DNA of 57,795 bases from a virus (IMGVR_UViG_3300005512_000039:1-57795); one strand, 5' to 3'. Shown: positions 7,247 to 16,500, counted from the first letter of the stretch. Program-made: numbers and translations. Notes: a model not told the origin generated them from the letters alone.

Positions 7247-7367
7247 GTACTTTGCTCAAGGGGCAATGAACGTGCGCTTTTCTCTCCGCCCCGACATCAG
7301 CACTGGCAAGGGCGAAACTGGCGGAAAAAAGAAACAAAACCAGTAATAACAACGTCATGTTTTTCAT
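7239..7367 (-). CDS. 42-aa predicted secreted peptide (not in ORF track)
   Basis: MKNMTLLLLVLFLFSASFALA-SADVGAERKAHVHCPLSKVHE*; signal peptide with AxA site. Confidence 0.5.
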   Translation of the reverse strand: MKNMTLLLLVLFLFSASFALASADVGAERKAHVHCPLSKVHE

Positions 7368-7372
7368 TGAGG

Positions 7373-7474
7373 TTATTTATTAAATAGATAATCCGCCAAA
7401 CCCGCCAGTAAACCCGCGAGGATTGGAATTAATGTAGAGTAAAACTTAGTGCTTTTAGGCTTATTGCTTTTCAT
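7373..7474 (-). CDS. 33-aa membrane peptide (not in ORF track)
   Basis: MKSNKPKSTKFYSTLIPILAGLLAGLADYLFNK*; ACGGAG RBS; first ORF after promoter. Confidence 0.6.
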   Translation of the reverse strand: MKSNKPKSTKFYSTLIPILAGLLAGLADYLFNK

Positions 7475-7503
7475 GAAACGCTCCGTAAGTAATAGAATAC
7501 TAG

Positions 7504-7533
7504 AGTATAAAAAGATTTATATTAAAATGTCAA
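7504..7533 (-). promoter_or_regulatory. sigma70 promoter driving xseB-...-cysDN operon
   Basis: minus strand TTGACA-N18-TATACT. Confidence 0.7.
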
Positions 7534-7557
7534 CTTTATTTAAAAGGAACCCTGACT

Positions 7558-7881
7558 ATGGCAAACGAAACAAAAAATTCTTTATATTTTAAAGAGGTAG
7601 TGTACATCGAATGGACAGACGCTGTTGCCGTAGCTGATTGGGAAACAGTAGAGGAAGCTTCTTTGTTTGAGTGCAAAACTTTTGGATTTTTAGTAACGGA
7701 GAACGATAAGGCTATTTGTGTTGCGGCGGTGGTGTCGGACTCAGATAAACAATCCAATGCAAAGATTCACATACCTAAAGCGTGGTGTGACAAAATAGTT
7801 AGAATGCCTTTGTACGACGTGATTAACGAGTCTGCTGTTGACCCTGACATATTTAAACTAAGTCATGGGGGAACACTTTAA
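7558..7881 (+). CDS. conserved phage hypothetical protein
   Basis: VYIEWTDA...W...CKTFGFL...IPKAW pattern common in phage proteins; AAAGGA RBS. Confidence 0.75.
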   Translation: MANETKNSLYFKEVVYIEWTDAVAVADWETVEEASLFECKTFGFLVTENDKAICVAAVVSDSDKQSNAKIHIPKAWCDKIVRMPLYDVINESAVDPDIFKLSHGGTL

Positions 7882-8162
7882 TGTAACGGTTCGTCATCAG
7901 GGTTCTTATAAACCCCTTGTAACTTATCTACATTTTCAGATGCCGCAGACAGACAAGAGGCCAGTATGCCTAACGCTTGGCCCGAGGTCCGTGAGCCGAT
8001 AAACAATTGCGTAAGCATTTGTGTCAACGATCCGGCAACTGCGGCGGTCTGGGAAATACCCGACAGATTTAAAGTTTTTAACAATTCTGCGGTTTCGCTT
8101 GCCGCGAAAAAGAATTCTTTTTCTTCATCGGACAAGTCCTCATCAAAATCCTCTAGATCCAT
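7878..8162 (-). CDS. hypothetical protein
   Basis: 94-aa ORF in operon. Confidence 0.7.
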   Translation of the reverse strand: MDLEDFDEDLSDEEKEFFFAASETAELLKTLNLSGISQTAAVAGSLTQMLTQLFIGSRTSGQALGILASCLSAASENVDKLQGVYKNPDDEPLH

Positions 8163-8427
8163 TGTCGCTCGAAGTTTTCTTGGTTGGTTGCCAGTTATCT
8201 ACTTCAGCATACCATTTTCCTGACCTAGCTTCACAAACTTGAACGTTTATCCAATCACCTTCTTTTTGCTCTAACCATCGGATCACATCGGCTCGTTTGA
8301 TACTCAGATTACATTTAATCCAATCGGGGGCCGTGTCCCGTGGTTTCTTAGCTAGGAGCCCATCAACAAATTCTTTGGCGGGTTTTTCAGAAGGGGTGTC
8401 GGACTTCATGTCATTAATATCTATCAT
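8143..8427 (-). CDS. conserved small phage protein (possible ssDNA-binding fold)
   Basis: APDWIKCNLSIK...WINVQV...SGKWYAEVDNWQP; GAGG RBS. Confidence 0.7.
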   Translation of the reverse strand: MIDINDMKSDTPSEKPAKEFVDGLLAKKPRDTAPDWIKCNLSIKRADVIRWLEQKEGDWINVQVCEARSGKWYAEVDNWQPTKKTSSDNGSRGF

Positions 8428-8438
8428 TTTTACCTCAT

Positions 8439-8473
8439 AAAAAAAACCCTTAGTCAGGGGAAATGACTAAGGG
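8439..8473 (-). terminator. intrinsic terminator
   Basis: CCCTTAGTCA/TGACTAAGGG stem, T-run on minus strand. Confidence 0.8.
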
Positions 8474-8558
8474 CTTTAGCACTACACGGAGAACAAAAGG
8501 AAAACAGATCCTGATGTCAGGTTAATTTTATCTAAAAACAAAAAGTACTGCAACGACA

Positions 8559-8747
8559 TTACACACTGTATGGGCAGTAACTGTTAAACACAAAGCGTTG
8601 AACGTAAGTGCAGTTAAAATCCATGCAATACGTGCCAACGTATTTGTAACCGCTGTTGGTCATAACCCCTTCGCACTTCAACAACTTCCCTGCGAACGCG
8701 CTTAGTGGCAATGTAATTAGTAATACCGCTATAATTTTCTTTAACAT
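8559..8747 (-). CDS. small secreted 4-Cys protein (start corrected to MLKKII)
   Basis: AGGAGGAG RBS; signal peptide MLKKIIAVLLITLPLSAFA; four Cys in mature part. Confidence 0.75.
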   Translation of the reverse strand: MLKKIIAVLLITLPLSAFAGKLLKCEGVMTNSGYKYVGTYCMDFNCTYVQRFVFNSYCPYSV

Positions 8748-8757
8748 AACTCCTCCT

Positions 8758-8928
8758 TTAATTATCGAAACGATCATCCTCATCACGAGGTTTGTACTTC
8801 TGAACAAAATCATCAAAGATAACCCGCAACTGACCGCTAATTGTGCGGCCCTCGGCCTTAGACATCTCTTTAATCACGAGATAAATCTCTCTAGGCACTA
8901 ATACGCTTTTCCATTTGTTTGTATCCAT
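8758..8928 (-). CDS. ribbon-helix-helix DNA-binding protein (start corrected to MDTNKW)
   Basis: WKSVLVPREIYLVIKEMSKAEGRTISGQLRVIF fits the RHH pattern. Confidence 0.75.
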   Translation of the reverse strand: MDTNKWKSVLVPREIYLVIKEMSKAEGRTISGQLRVIFDDFVQKYKPRDEDDRFDN

Positions 8929-8987
8929 AACACTTCCTTTAGGTTTACATGGGATTATATGCGAATATATGAGACCGTGCAACTATC

Positions 8988-9016
8988 TTGACAAGAAAAG
9001 GCAAAGTTAAGACAAT
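8988..9016 (+). promoter_or_regulatory. sigma70 promoter upstream of riboswitch
   Basis: TTGACA-N17-GACAAT. Confidence 0.7.
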
Positions 9017-9022
9017 GCGAGG

Positions 9023-9070
9023 ACGTTCATCCAATCGGACGGAAGTAGACTACTCAGTCGAAGGAACGCA
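9023..9070 (+). ncRNA. glnA-motif (glutamine-I) riboswitch
   Basis: CGTTCA-TCC(AATC)GGA-C-GGAAGTA-GAC(TACTCA)GTC-GAAGGAACGC: P1 CGTTC/GAACG, P2, E-loop and P3 of the glnA RNA consensus. Confidence 0.85.
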
Positions 9071-9094
9071 CCTAACTTTAAATAGGAGGGTGTT

Positions 9095-9202
9095 ATGACT
9101 ATTTGGACTCAATATCGCAGACAACAAGAACGTGAAGACTATAAAAAGTCTAGCGCGATCAAGAAACTTGTGTGGATGCGCGTCTTACAAATCTATAGTT
9201 AA
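9095..9202 (+). CDS. 35-aa basic peptide under riboswitch control (not in ORF track)
   Basis: MTIWTQYRRQQEREDYKKSSAIKKLVWMRVLQIYS*; AGGAGG RBS. Confidence 0.7.
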   Translation: MTIWTQYRRQQEREDYKKSSAIKKLVWMRVLQIYS

Positions 9203-9228
9203 AAAAAGCCCCGACGTAATGTCGGGGC
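9201..9228 (-). terminator. intrinsic terminator after DNA polymerase
   Basis: GCCCCGAC/GTCGGGGC stem with T7 on minus strand. Confidence 0.85.
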
Positions 9229-9256
9229 AAAACAACTCGGAGGAGTGAAACAGCAA

Positions 9257-11155
9257 TTACTTTGCCTCGCCCCAACTAGGTCCGATTTCAATATCGCACT
9301 TATTTGGAACTTGCAAGGGCACTGCTTTAGTCATTATATCAGCAATATATTTCGCTTGCTCTTTGTCTTTGACAGACATGGCGATCTCATCATGAATCTG
9401 AGTTAAAGGAACTAAGCCCTCTTTATACAAATCCACCATTGCTTTTTTGGTCATATCTGCCGCTGAAGCTTGGATTAGACGGTTCAGGGCTTTGTATGTG
9501 TAAGCCCTTTTAAGCCTCGTGGTGGCTCCGTATTCTTGAACAGCCTCTTGGTAAGGCAAGGCTTTGTTCATGGCAAAGGTGTCCGGTTCCCATCGGTCAA
9601 AACGGCATTTACGACCCAGTATCGAACGGATAGAACCCGACGATGCTTTATCGTTTAACCGGTTCATAACACCGTTCATCAAACCCTTAACAAAAGGTAC
9701 ACGCTTGTGATACTGACCAATCAACTCTTTAGCATCATCCATTGAAATGTCCAACTGCTCCGATAGCTTTCCAACCCCCATTCCGTACATCATGCCAAGG
9801 TTAATTACTTTAGCTTGCTTCCTCGGTATGTTAGCCATTTCCGCCACCATTGTATGGAAGTCTGTGCTAGGATCTTCGTTGTACGCTTCTACAAAATCTA
9901 ATGCACCCTCCAATGGCAAATTACGACTCTCACCATAAACATGAGCATAATGGACCAAGATCCGTGGTTCCTGTTGCGAGAAGTCTATTGCCGCCCACTG
10001 CTCTCCCTCTTCTGGCAAAAACAAAGAACGTATCATTGGCCCAATCTCAGGGTCCCTTGCGGGAATTTGCTGAAGGTTTGGGCTATTCATACTTAAACGA
10101 CCGGATACTGTGCCGCCGTCATCTGACCTTATTTGGTTGATGTGACTATGGATTCTACCGTCAGCGTGGCAGTGTTTCATGATTGTGTTGAGGAAAGTGC
10201 CGGTGGTCTTATTCAGGTTCCTAGCCTCAACGATGAGTTGCGCGAGAGGGTGGGGGTTCTCTTGGAGGAAAAGTTTAGTGAAGCTCGGTGCGCCCTTTTC
10301 CGTCTTTGGATATTGGAGGCCGACTTTGTCGAACGCTTTTACAAGAGATTGAGCCGCCCAGATTTCAACGTCACGACCGGCAATCTTCTTGATCTCTTTC
10401 ATGACTTCCCGTTCCCGCTTAACAAGACTGTTCCGAGTTTTCTCAACCCTATCTTGATCGACCCTGACCCCACGCCAAGTCATTTCGATAAGACATGGGA
10501 GAAGTTCCAGTTCAAGATTAGCGATGCCCCAGAGGTCTTCTTTTCCAAGTTGAATGCTGAAATAATTCCAGAGCTCAAGAGCGAGTTCAGCGTCCGCCTC
10601 ACCGTAAGCACCGACATGCATTGCGGGAAGCTTCCACATCTCAGCTTTAGGATCAACGCCGAAACTTCTAGCGGCTTCGACTAAACCTTTTTCTGATTTA
10701 GTTTTGCCTAACAAGTCATAAGACAGGGCATTCAAACTGTAGCTATATCGGTTCTCATCTAATAAAGACGCAATCAACATTGTGTCGATTATTCTTCCTT
10801 TGAGATCAAAACCCATACGTTTAATCCACCCCGCATCGTATTGAGCGTTGTGCATAATTTTATCGGCAGGACATTCGAAGACTTTTTTCAGCCACTTGTT
10901 GACAATCTTTTCGTCTAAATTACCTCCACCAAGATGGCGAATTGGGATATACCCTGACCATCCATCTACGGCTACGGCATAGCCTACAACCTCCCCGTTT
11001 CCTGTAGCCCATCCTGGGCCATTGGTTTTAATATCGGGGTCTCTCGTTTCTACGTCGATAGCAATTTTTTTTGCGGTTGTGATGTCTGGCAATTCCATCG
11101 GGGGTATCCATTCGCTTTTTGGAGCAAACATCGCCATCTGCAAGTTTCCTGCCAT
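9257..11155 (-). CDS. polA: DNA polymerase, family A, with 3'-5' exonuclease
   Basis: DVET, HNAQYD exo motifs; SGRLS...PNLQQIP, DFSQQEPR (motif A), RKQAKVINLGMMYG (motif B), QIHDE (motif C). Confidence 0.97.
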   Translation of the reverse strand: MAGNLQMAMFAPKSEWIPPMELPDITTAKKIAIDVETRDPDIKTNGPGWATGNGEVVGYAVAVDGWSGYIPIRHLGGGNLDEKIVNKWLKKVFECPADKIMHNAQYDAGWIKRMGFDLKGRIIDTMLIASLLDENRYSYSLNALSYDLLGKTKSEKGLVEAARSFGVDPKAEMWKLPAMHVGAYGEADAELALELWNYFSIQLGKEDLWGIANLELELLPCLIEMTWRGVRVDQDRVEKTRNSLVKREREVMKEIKKIAGRDVEIWAAQSLVKAFDKVGLQYPKTEKGAPSFTKLFLQENPHPLAQLIVEARNLNKTTGTFLNTIMKHCHADGRIHSHINQIRSDDGGTVSGRLSMNSPNLQQIPARDPEIGPMIRSLFLPEEGEQWAAIDFSQQEPRILVHYAHVYGESRNLPLEGALDFVEAYNEDPSTDFHTMVAEMANIPRKQAKVINLGMMYGMGVGKLSEQLDISMDDAKELIGQYHKRVPFVKGLMNGVMNRLNDKASSGSIRSILGRKCRFDRWEPDTFAMNKALPYQEAVQEYGATTRLKRAYTYKALNRLIQASAADMTKKAMVDLYKEGLVPLTQIHDEIAMSVKDKEQAKYIADIMTKAVPLQVPNKCDIEIGPSWGEAK

Positions 11156-11167
11156 ACAAACCTCTCT

Positions 11168-11458
11168 TTACTTTTTGTCCTTTGGGGAGAATTCCCCTCC
11201 AAGCGCGGTGTACCCTGCCTTGTCGATCCACGAATCTTCGTGGTCTATTGTGTTTAAAAGACGTGCCGTCTTTACCCAATCCATCATGAGGGCAACGTGA
11301 GATGCTGTGATCCTCCCATGACTTTCAATTGCTGACTTTGCTATTACGTTCCATCCTTTAGCTATTTTATCGTGATTTTCATAAGCATCACCATAATCTT
11401 TTGCTCGATCCCCCTTGATCAAATCGTCTGCTTTTTTAAGTAAGTCAGCCCTGTTCAT
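11168..11458 (-). CDS. DUF6378-like phage protein
   Basis: GDRAKDYGD...NHDKIA..W...KTAR...DSWIDKAGY. Confidence 0.8.
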   Translation of the reverse strand: MNRADLLKKADDLIKGDRAKDYGDAYENHDKIAKGWNVIAKSAIESHGRITASHVALMMDWVKTARLLNTIDHEDSWIDKAGYTALGGEFSPKDKK

Positions 11459-11669
11459 TATTCCTCCAGAGTTTTAAATGTTTTTCTTTAAGAATTATTA
11501 AACTGTTCCAAAGCATTTTCATGTCAACCATTGCATTCATGGCGTGTTTTTCCGCTTGAAAATACTCTCTTTTATTTACACAGTCGGCTATCAGCTTAAA
11601 TTCTTTTTGTGCTTTTAAATAAAACTCAGCGTAGTCCACATCTTTTTCTTCAGACTTCATCATTTTCAA
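11445..11669 (-). CDS. hypothetical protein
   Basis: ~72-aa ORF in replication operon, GAGG RBS. Confidence 0.65.
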   Translation of the reverse strand: MKMMKSEEKDVDYAEFYLKAQKEFKLIADCVNKREYFQAEKHAMNAMVDMKMLWNSLIILKEKHLKLWRNNEQG

Positions 11670-11817
11670 TCGCTTCCTCTTTTGGTTTAAAAACTAATAC
11701 GAATGCTTTACACGAAGGACAACTTAAATTTGTTTCTATTTCAAAAATATCATCCTCTTCGTCAATGTCATGATCGCCGCCCCAAATCAATTCATGATTA
11801 CAATACCAACAGTTCAT
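11650..11817 (-). CDS. 55-aa Zn-ribbon protein (not in ORF track)
   Basis: MNCWYCNHELIWGGDHD...NLSCPSCKAFV; ATGA overlap with helicase stop. Confidence 0.8.
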   Translation of the reverse strand: MNCWYCNHELIWGGDHDIDEEDDIFEIETNLSCPSCKAFVLVFKPKEEAIENDEV

Positions 11818-13331
11818 AAGTGGTAACTCCTTCCGATATCTTCGGGGTCAACAATGTATAGATTTTGTCTAGCCCTCGTTACCCCGACATAAAAAACACG
11901 GTGCATATCGTCAGGATTAATATGCATCTCGCTTTCTGCGGCAGGACTCAGGTCCGTGAGCAGTACAACGTTATCCGCTTCTCCACCTTTTGATCCGTGG
12001 ATCGTGGACGCTGTTATCCGAGGCGTGGCATTAAACTTCTCGCCCCGTCTTAACAACGCCGTGATGTATGCTCGTTCGGTCTCAGGTATTTTATCCATTG
12101 CCTCTGACCAGATCATATCTTTAGTAGCTAATAGACCGTGATTGTTTATTAAGCCTTGCAGAGTAACAAACTCTTCGTCCTCTAATGCGGGTAGTTTTTT
12201 AAACCCGCGTTGGATACGTTTACCGGCGGACATATAATTGTAAATCTTTCGAGCAACCGCTCCAGACACTTCTTTACCCTTGCGAAGACTTTCCCAACCG
12301 TTTACAGCTTCAGATAATTTTTCGCCAATTGAGCGATGCCCTTTGTAATTAAACAGGTAACCATTTGATTTTAAATTAGAAGCTACCGCTTGAAGATGAT
12401 ATCCGGCTTGAGACAAAATTAGCCAATTACCTTGGGAGAAGTCTAAAGCATCAATAGTGTTTATTCTTTGAACTGTCCCCAACTCCGTTCGAGGTAAATA
12501 TGTTTTTGGAAATCTGCGGTGAATTCTTTTCGCCACGTTTTCTGCTACGACGTGAACAGAACTTGGGATTCGATACGATTGTTCTAATGTTTCTGAACCG
12601 CCCTCTAGGTTGATAAAGTGATCCACATTCGCCCCCGACCACCTAAAAACGCACTGATCGTCGTCCCCCGCGCAATACATTCTCTCGGAGTTTTTATCCA
12701 AGATATGTGCGATGTCCCACTGCAAAGCAGATAAGTCTTGAGCTTCATCTAAAAAAGTAAGCTTAAACTTAGGGCAACATTTATCGCTTTCCGCAATAAA
12801 CATCTCAAGCATATCGGTAAAATCGTAAAGCCCCATGTTTCTTTTGTAATCAGAAAAAGCACGATTAACATAATCAACGGTGTTCCAAGGAATATCGACA
12901 GAACTTTTGTTGTATTCCTCTCGCAGGGAAACCTTTTTTAATCGAGCTAGATTAATGAGGCCAAGGATCGGATCTTTTTTACTCGATGCGGTAGGTAGAT
13001 CATCGTATAGATCCGTGGACCGTGTGCCGTTAAGCACGATCCCAATCGAATTGCTCAATTCTTTATAGTGTTGTTCACTCATAATGTTCTCAAACTTAAT
13101 TGAGGTCTGAGCCAAAGCAAGACTGTGCAGGGTTCTAAAATAAGTCAGATCCGTTTTAGGATCTAAATTAAATCTAACCGAGGCACGTTCCTTTGCTTCG
13201 TTTGCGGCCTTTCTAGTAAAGGCTAGGAAAGCAATCTCATTCGGATGGATTCCGTCCTCAAGGGCTTTGTCCACCATGTTGAGTAGCTTAGTTGTCTTCC
13301 CTGTTCCCGGAGGTCCGAATATCCTGTACAT
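11814..13331 (-). CDS. UvrD/Rep-family SF1 helicase
   Basis: GPPGTGKT, AFTRKAA, DEAQD, GDDDQ, QSYR, STIHGSKGGEAD, YVGVTRA. Confidence 0.95.
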   Translation of the reverse strand: MYRIFGPPGTGKTTKLLNMVDKALEDGIHPNEIAFLAFTRKAANEAKERASVRFNLDPKTDLTYFRTLHSLALAQTSIKFENIMSEQHYKELSNSIGIVLNGTRSTDLYDDLPTASSKKDPILGLINLARLKKVSLREEYNKSSVDIPWNTVDYVNRAFSDYKRNMGLYDFTDMLEMFIAESDKCCPKFKLTFLDEAQDLSALQWDIAHILDKNSERMYCAGDDDQCVFRWSGANVDHFINLEGGSETLEQSYRIPSSVHVVAENVAKRIHRRFPKTYLPRTELGTVQRINTIDALDFSQGNWLILSQAGYHLQAVASNLKSNGYLFNYKGHRSIGEKLSEAVNGWESLRKGKEVSGAVARKIYNYMSAGKRIQRGFKKLPALEDEEFVTLQGLINNHGLLATKDMIWSEAMDKIPETERAYITALLRRGEKFNATPRITASTIHGSKGGEADNVVLLTDLSPAAESEMHINPDDMHRVFYVGVTRARQNLYIVDPEDIGRSYHL

Positions 13332-13482
13332 CCACCAATCCTTCTTTGTATTTGTTCACGATCTGTCGAACGCGCTCTTTAGTTAGGCCATATCGTTTAC
13401 CAATTGCAGTCAGAGTTCGATACTCATTAACGTGCATTTGATACATGTCTTTGGCTCTTTTGTCATAATCTAAATCGCTCAA
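13288..13482 (-). CDS. sigma70 region-4-like HTH protein
   Basis: TLTAIGKRYGLTKERVRQI. Confidence 0.85.
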   Translation of the reverse strand: MSDLDYDKRAKDMYQMHVNEYRTLTAIGKRYGLTKERVRQIVNKYKEGLVDVQDIRTSGNREDN

Positions 13483-15026
13483 AATGGAGACTCCTTTTGT
13501 CTGAATGATGGGATGTTTATCTCTACATCGGCGTTGTCAAAACTAGGTATTTTCCAAACCCGAACAGCTCTACCTTTAATTTTCATAACGGTGTTTTCTC
13601 CTTGAATATCCCGTAAGTATTTACCTATCTTGTTTCGTCTGAACTCAAAGAATTTGTTTTTCTTTAAGAAATCTTCAAAGTCTTTCAATCTAAAAAACGT
13701 ACAAGAAGTTTCTTCATCAGACCAAGGGCGACGTAATAGTATCTCTTCTTTGTCCTGAGCCTGTTGCATGTTTGTGCAAAACTCTTCAAGGTAATCGTAG
13801 AATTGACCAGAGGATGTAACGTCTTGTGAGACCTCAATGATTGCTCCGTCGTTTTCTTTCATCTCGGATAGCAAACCACTGACACGACCTTCCCAGTTCT
13901 GACGCTTCATTGAACGGGGCATAAAGTTAAGTTGCTCAAGGCAAGCCTTTTGAAAAGAAGCTTGGCTCATCAATCCGTCAGTGTCTAGCTCTAACGGTTC
14001 TCCGTTGACATCCATAAACCATATTGGTGGCGTGGAATTGTACTTGCGTAAGTTGGCGATGGTGGCTCCCGCCACTGCCGCGCCGACTCCAAACTTCCGT
14101 GTCCGGCACAAATCTTTATTGCAATGAGCGTTAATAGGAGCATCACCACATTTATATGCATAGTCTTTTCTTAACAGTTGTTTCGCTACAATGTTGACTT
14201 CCGCCAAAGGAAGCGACGGCTGAAAGTATTCTTGATTGTACTTTAATATCTCGCTCTCCCAACTATCTGGGTGAGCCTTACGTAAGTAAACTCCCATGTT
14301 AAACAATCCGTTATTCCTACCGCCCTCCGATATTTTTTGACGGCTAAGTATCTGTAAGCACGGTGGTCCGTCGGCCAAGAGGTTTGTTTCTTTAGCTTCG
14401 GGTACTTGTAAGTTCTGTATTTCTTCTGGGGTTTTTACATAAGTTTCGTACAGCTTAATAAATTCTGCTAACGTAGCTGAAGTCGCATCGTCAAGAAAAG
14501 CGTAACGCAATCCTTCTTCAGCGTTGTAATACGGTAGGTTTAAAAAATTACCTACGTCTCCACGATCTAAGTGTAATTTGATTTGTTTGGGAAAAATCTC
14601 GCTCTCGCCGAAGCCCAGAGCAGAAGACATATTCTTAAGGGCTTTTTGCATGTCTTTAGCTGAGACCCATTCATTGCTAAATAAAAAGCAATGCGCGCCG
14701 CCCGACTTTGATCGGCAGACGACAAGAGGGAGCGATAGACCGCGTATTTTCTTAATAAGCGCCGCATGATCAAGCGGGTACTGATCGATATCAATGCAAC
14801 CCCATTTACAAGAATCGTTTTCGTTAATGGGTATTATACCCAGACCTCTACCATTACCTGCAAGATGTTCTTTAAATAATTCTACAGTAGGTTCTTCTCG
14901 AATTACTCCGGCATTCCCCGATTGTTTTCCATTTGCTTTTTGCTTTTCTATTTTAAAATAGCCATAGGCCGACTTTAAGCCTTCAAATATGGCTGCAAAC
15001 TTTTCAACTGACATATAATCTCCCAC
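13479..15026 (-). CDS. AEP-superfamily primase with PriCT-like domain
   Basis: WGCIDID, RSKSGGAH, EIFPKQ, NLPY, PPC...EGGRNNGLF. Confidence 0.85.
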   Translation of the reverse strand: MGDYMSVEKFAAIFEGLKSAYGYFKIEKQKANGKQSGNAGVIREEPTVELFKEHLAGNGRGLGIIPINENDSCKWGCIDIDQYPLDHAALIKKIRGLSLPLVVCRSKSGGAHCFLFSNEWVSAKDMQKALKNMSSALGFGESEIFPKQIKLHLDRGDVGNFLNLPYYNAEEGLRYAFLDDATSATLAEFIKLYETYVKTPEEIQNLQVPEAKETNLLADGPPCLQILSRQKISEGGRNNGLFNMGVYLRKAHPDSWESEILKYNQEYFQPSLPLAEVNIVAKQLLRKDYAYKCGDAPINAHCNKDLCRTRKFGVGAAVAGATIANLRKYNSTPPIWFMDVNGEPLELDTDGLMSQASFQKACLEQLNFMPRSMKRQNWEGRVSGLLSEMKENDGAIIEVSQDVTSSGQFYDYLEEFCTNMQQAQDKEEILLRRPWSDEETSCTFFRLKDFEDFLKKNKFFEFRRNKIGKYLRDIQGENTVMKIKGRAVRVWKIPSFDNADVEINIPSFRQKESPF

Positions 15027-15059
15027 GGTGGAAGGGCGGGTTTCCCCGCCCCAGAATGA

Positions 15060-15842
15060 TTAAAACGGTATTTGATCTCCGTTCGTCTCACCCTCTCCAT
15101 TGTCGTGTTTAACGACAACTTCTCCTGCCGTGATGTCCTCAGAAAACTTCTTAGCTTGATGATACATACCCGCATCCTCAATCTGAGACTCCAAAGACAT
15201 TTCCCAACCGTGCCAAGATCCCTTTGAGTTCTCTTCCTGAATAGTCTTCAAGTGGTAAATGTGACTATATCGTGGCGGAGTAAAGGTTCCGTTCTGGCCT
15301 TGCATGACGCGGCTTGCCATAATTGAATTCCACTTCCTTGATTTCTTTAACTGAGTGGATTTCATCGCAATCAAAGCAGGCTCGACGCTTCCATCCTCGT
15401 TTAAGATCAAGACAAAATGTTGGTGAGTCTCTTCAATATATTCGCCATTACCTCCCACAACATATTCTTTGTTGTCATCCGCTGACCGCTCGGTCTTAGG
15501 CCGTTGGTCTTGAGGCGTGTAAATGGCACTTGGTGCTCCATTGCCAGAACCACGAGGAGCCCACTGAATAAAACGTCTCTGATAAGCACATGGGATAACC
15601 TTTATACCTGTCTTACCCTTGTAAACTTTACCAGTAACGGTGTTGTAGATATCCCCCTTACGAGCCTCTTCGTTCTCGTCAAGCACTGGATCATTACCAG
15701 ACAAGACTTTAACAAAAGGTAGCGCCAAATCCTCCTGACCTACGTTTTCCAAGCCCTTACCTGCATCTTGCTCAAAGATAGATGGATCAAAAATAGTAAT
15801 ACCCTGTTCTTTCTTCTTCGCTACTTCAGTTTTTGTTGCCAT
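15060..15842 (-). CDS. putative ssDNA-binding protein
   Basis: position in replication module; acidic tail ending DQIPF. Confidence 0.65.
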   Translation of the reverse strand: MATKTEVAKKKEQGITIFDPSIFEQDAGKGLENVGQEDLALPFVKVLSGNDPVLDENEEARKGDIYNTVTGKVYKGKTGIKVIPCAYQRRFIQWAPRGSGNGAPSAIYTPQDQRPKTERSADDNKEYVVGGNGEYIEETHQHFVLILNEDGSVEPALIAMKSTQLKKSRKWNSIMASRVMQGQNGTFTPPRYSHIYHLKTIQEENSKGSWHGWEMSLESQIEDAGMYHQAKKFSEDITAGEVVVKHDNGEGETNGDQIPF

Positions 15843-16423
15843 TAGTTACTCCCCTTTTTACGTTTAATCGTCGCACGTTGCCCTACCCATGCTCCAAAAA
15901 GCTCCATTGGAAACTCGTCACCTGCCTCGACTCGTTCCTTAATAAAAGCCCTAAGTGTTTGCGGATGAACTTCCGTTTTGGTCTGGGCATCGAAACCATT
16001 CTTCATCGCAAATTCTGCAAAGTCTTTTGCGACCTCGTCTTCGCCCTTGCCAAAGCTACAAGCTACGGTGTTTTTTATAATGTCATCATAGTCATTATCC
16101 CGAAGCCAATCATAAGCGGCGGATCGGTTATCTACCTTAATCGAAGCACCGTATGTTTGTTTTACTTCAACTGTTGAACCATCATCGAGTTCTAACTTGT
16201 TCAAGCCTAGCTCAATAAACATCCCCGGCAAATCTTCATCGGTTAGTTTGAGTAAAGCTTTCTTCTCGACTGATAGTTTTTCTTCAAGGTCAGAAATAAG
16301 TTCTTCCTTATCTCTAATCTTTTTTGCTACGTCTGCCACTGATTTCAAACCACCTTGATTCAGACTTTCTATCGAGCCTTTGCTCGGACTAGTGTCTTCC
16401 TCCATTAATTTCGTCAAGTCCAT
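15842..16423 (-). CDS. conserved replication-module protein
   Basis: WLRDNDYDDIIKN and VHPQTLRAFIKE motifs common in phage replication clusters. Confidence 0.75.
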   Translation of the reverse strand: MDLTKLMEEDTSPSKGSIESLNQGGLKSVADVAKKIRDKEELISDLEEKLSVEKKALLKLTDEDLPGMFIELGLNKLELDDGSTVEVKQTYGASIKVDNRSAAYDWLRDNDYDDIIKNTVACSFGKGEDEVAKDFAEFAMKNGFDAQTKTEVHPQTLRAFIKERVEAGDEFPMELFGAWVGQRATIKRKKGSN

Positions 16424-16459
16424 TTTTTCTCCTTTCGTTGTTAAAGACCATACCGGGTC

Positions 16460-16500
16460 TTGACAAAGATGTATATTATACTATATCGTACACATGTCAA
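16460..16500. promoter_or_regulatory. overlapping divergent promoters
   Basis: TTGACA on both strands (16460 +, 16500 -) flanking TATAAT/TATACT-like hexamers between divergent genes. Confidence 0.6.

Noticed and set aside
12630-12670. DDDQ-C in the helicase as an intein
   Set aside because: The protein has normal length and no intein sequence; at most an empty insertion site
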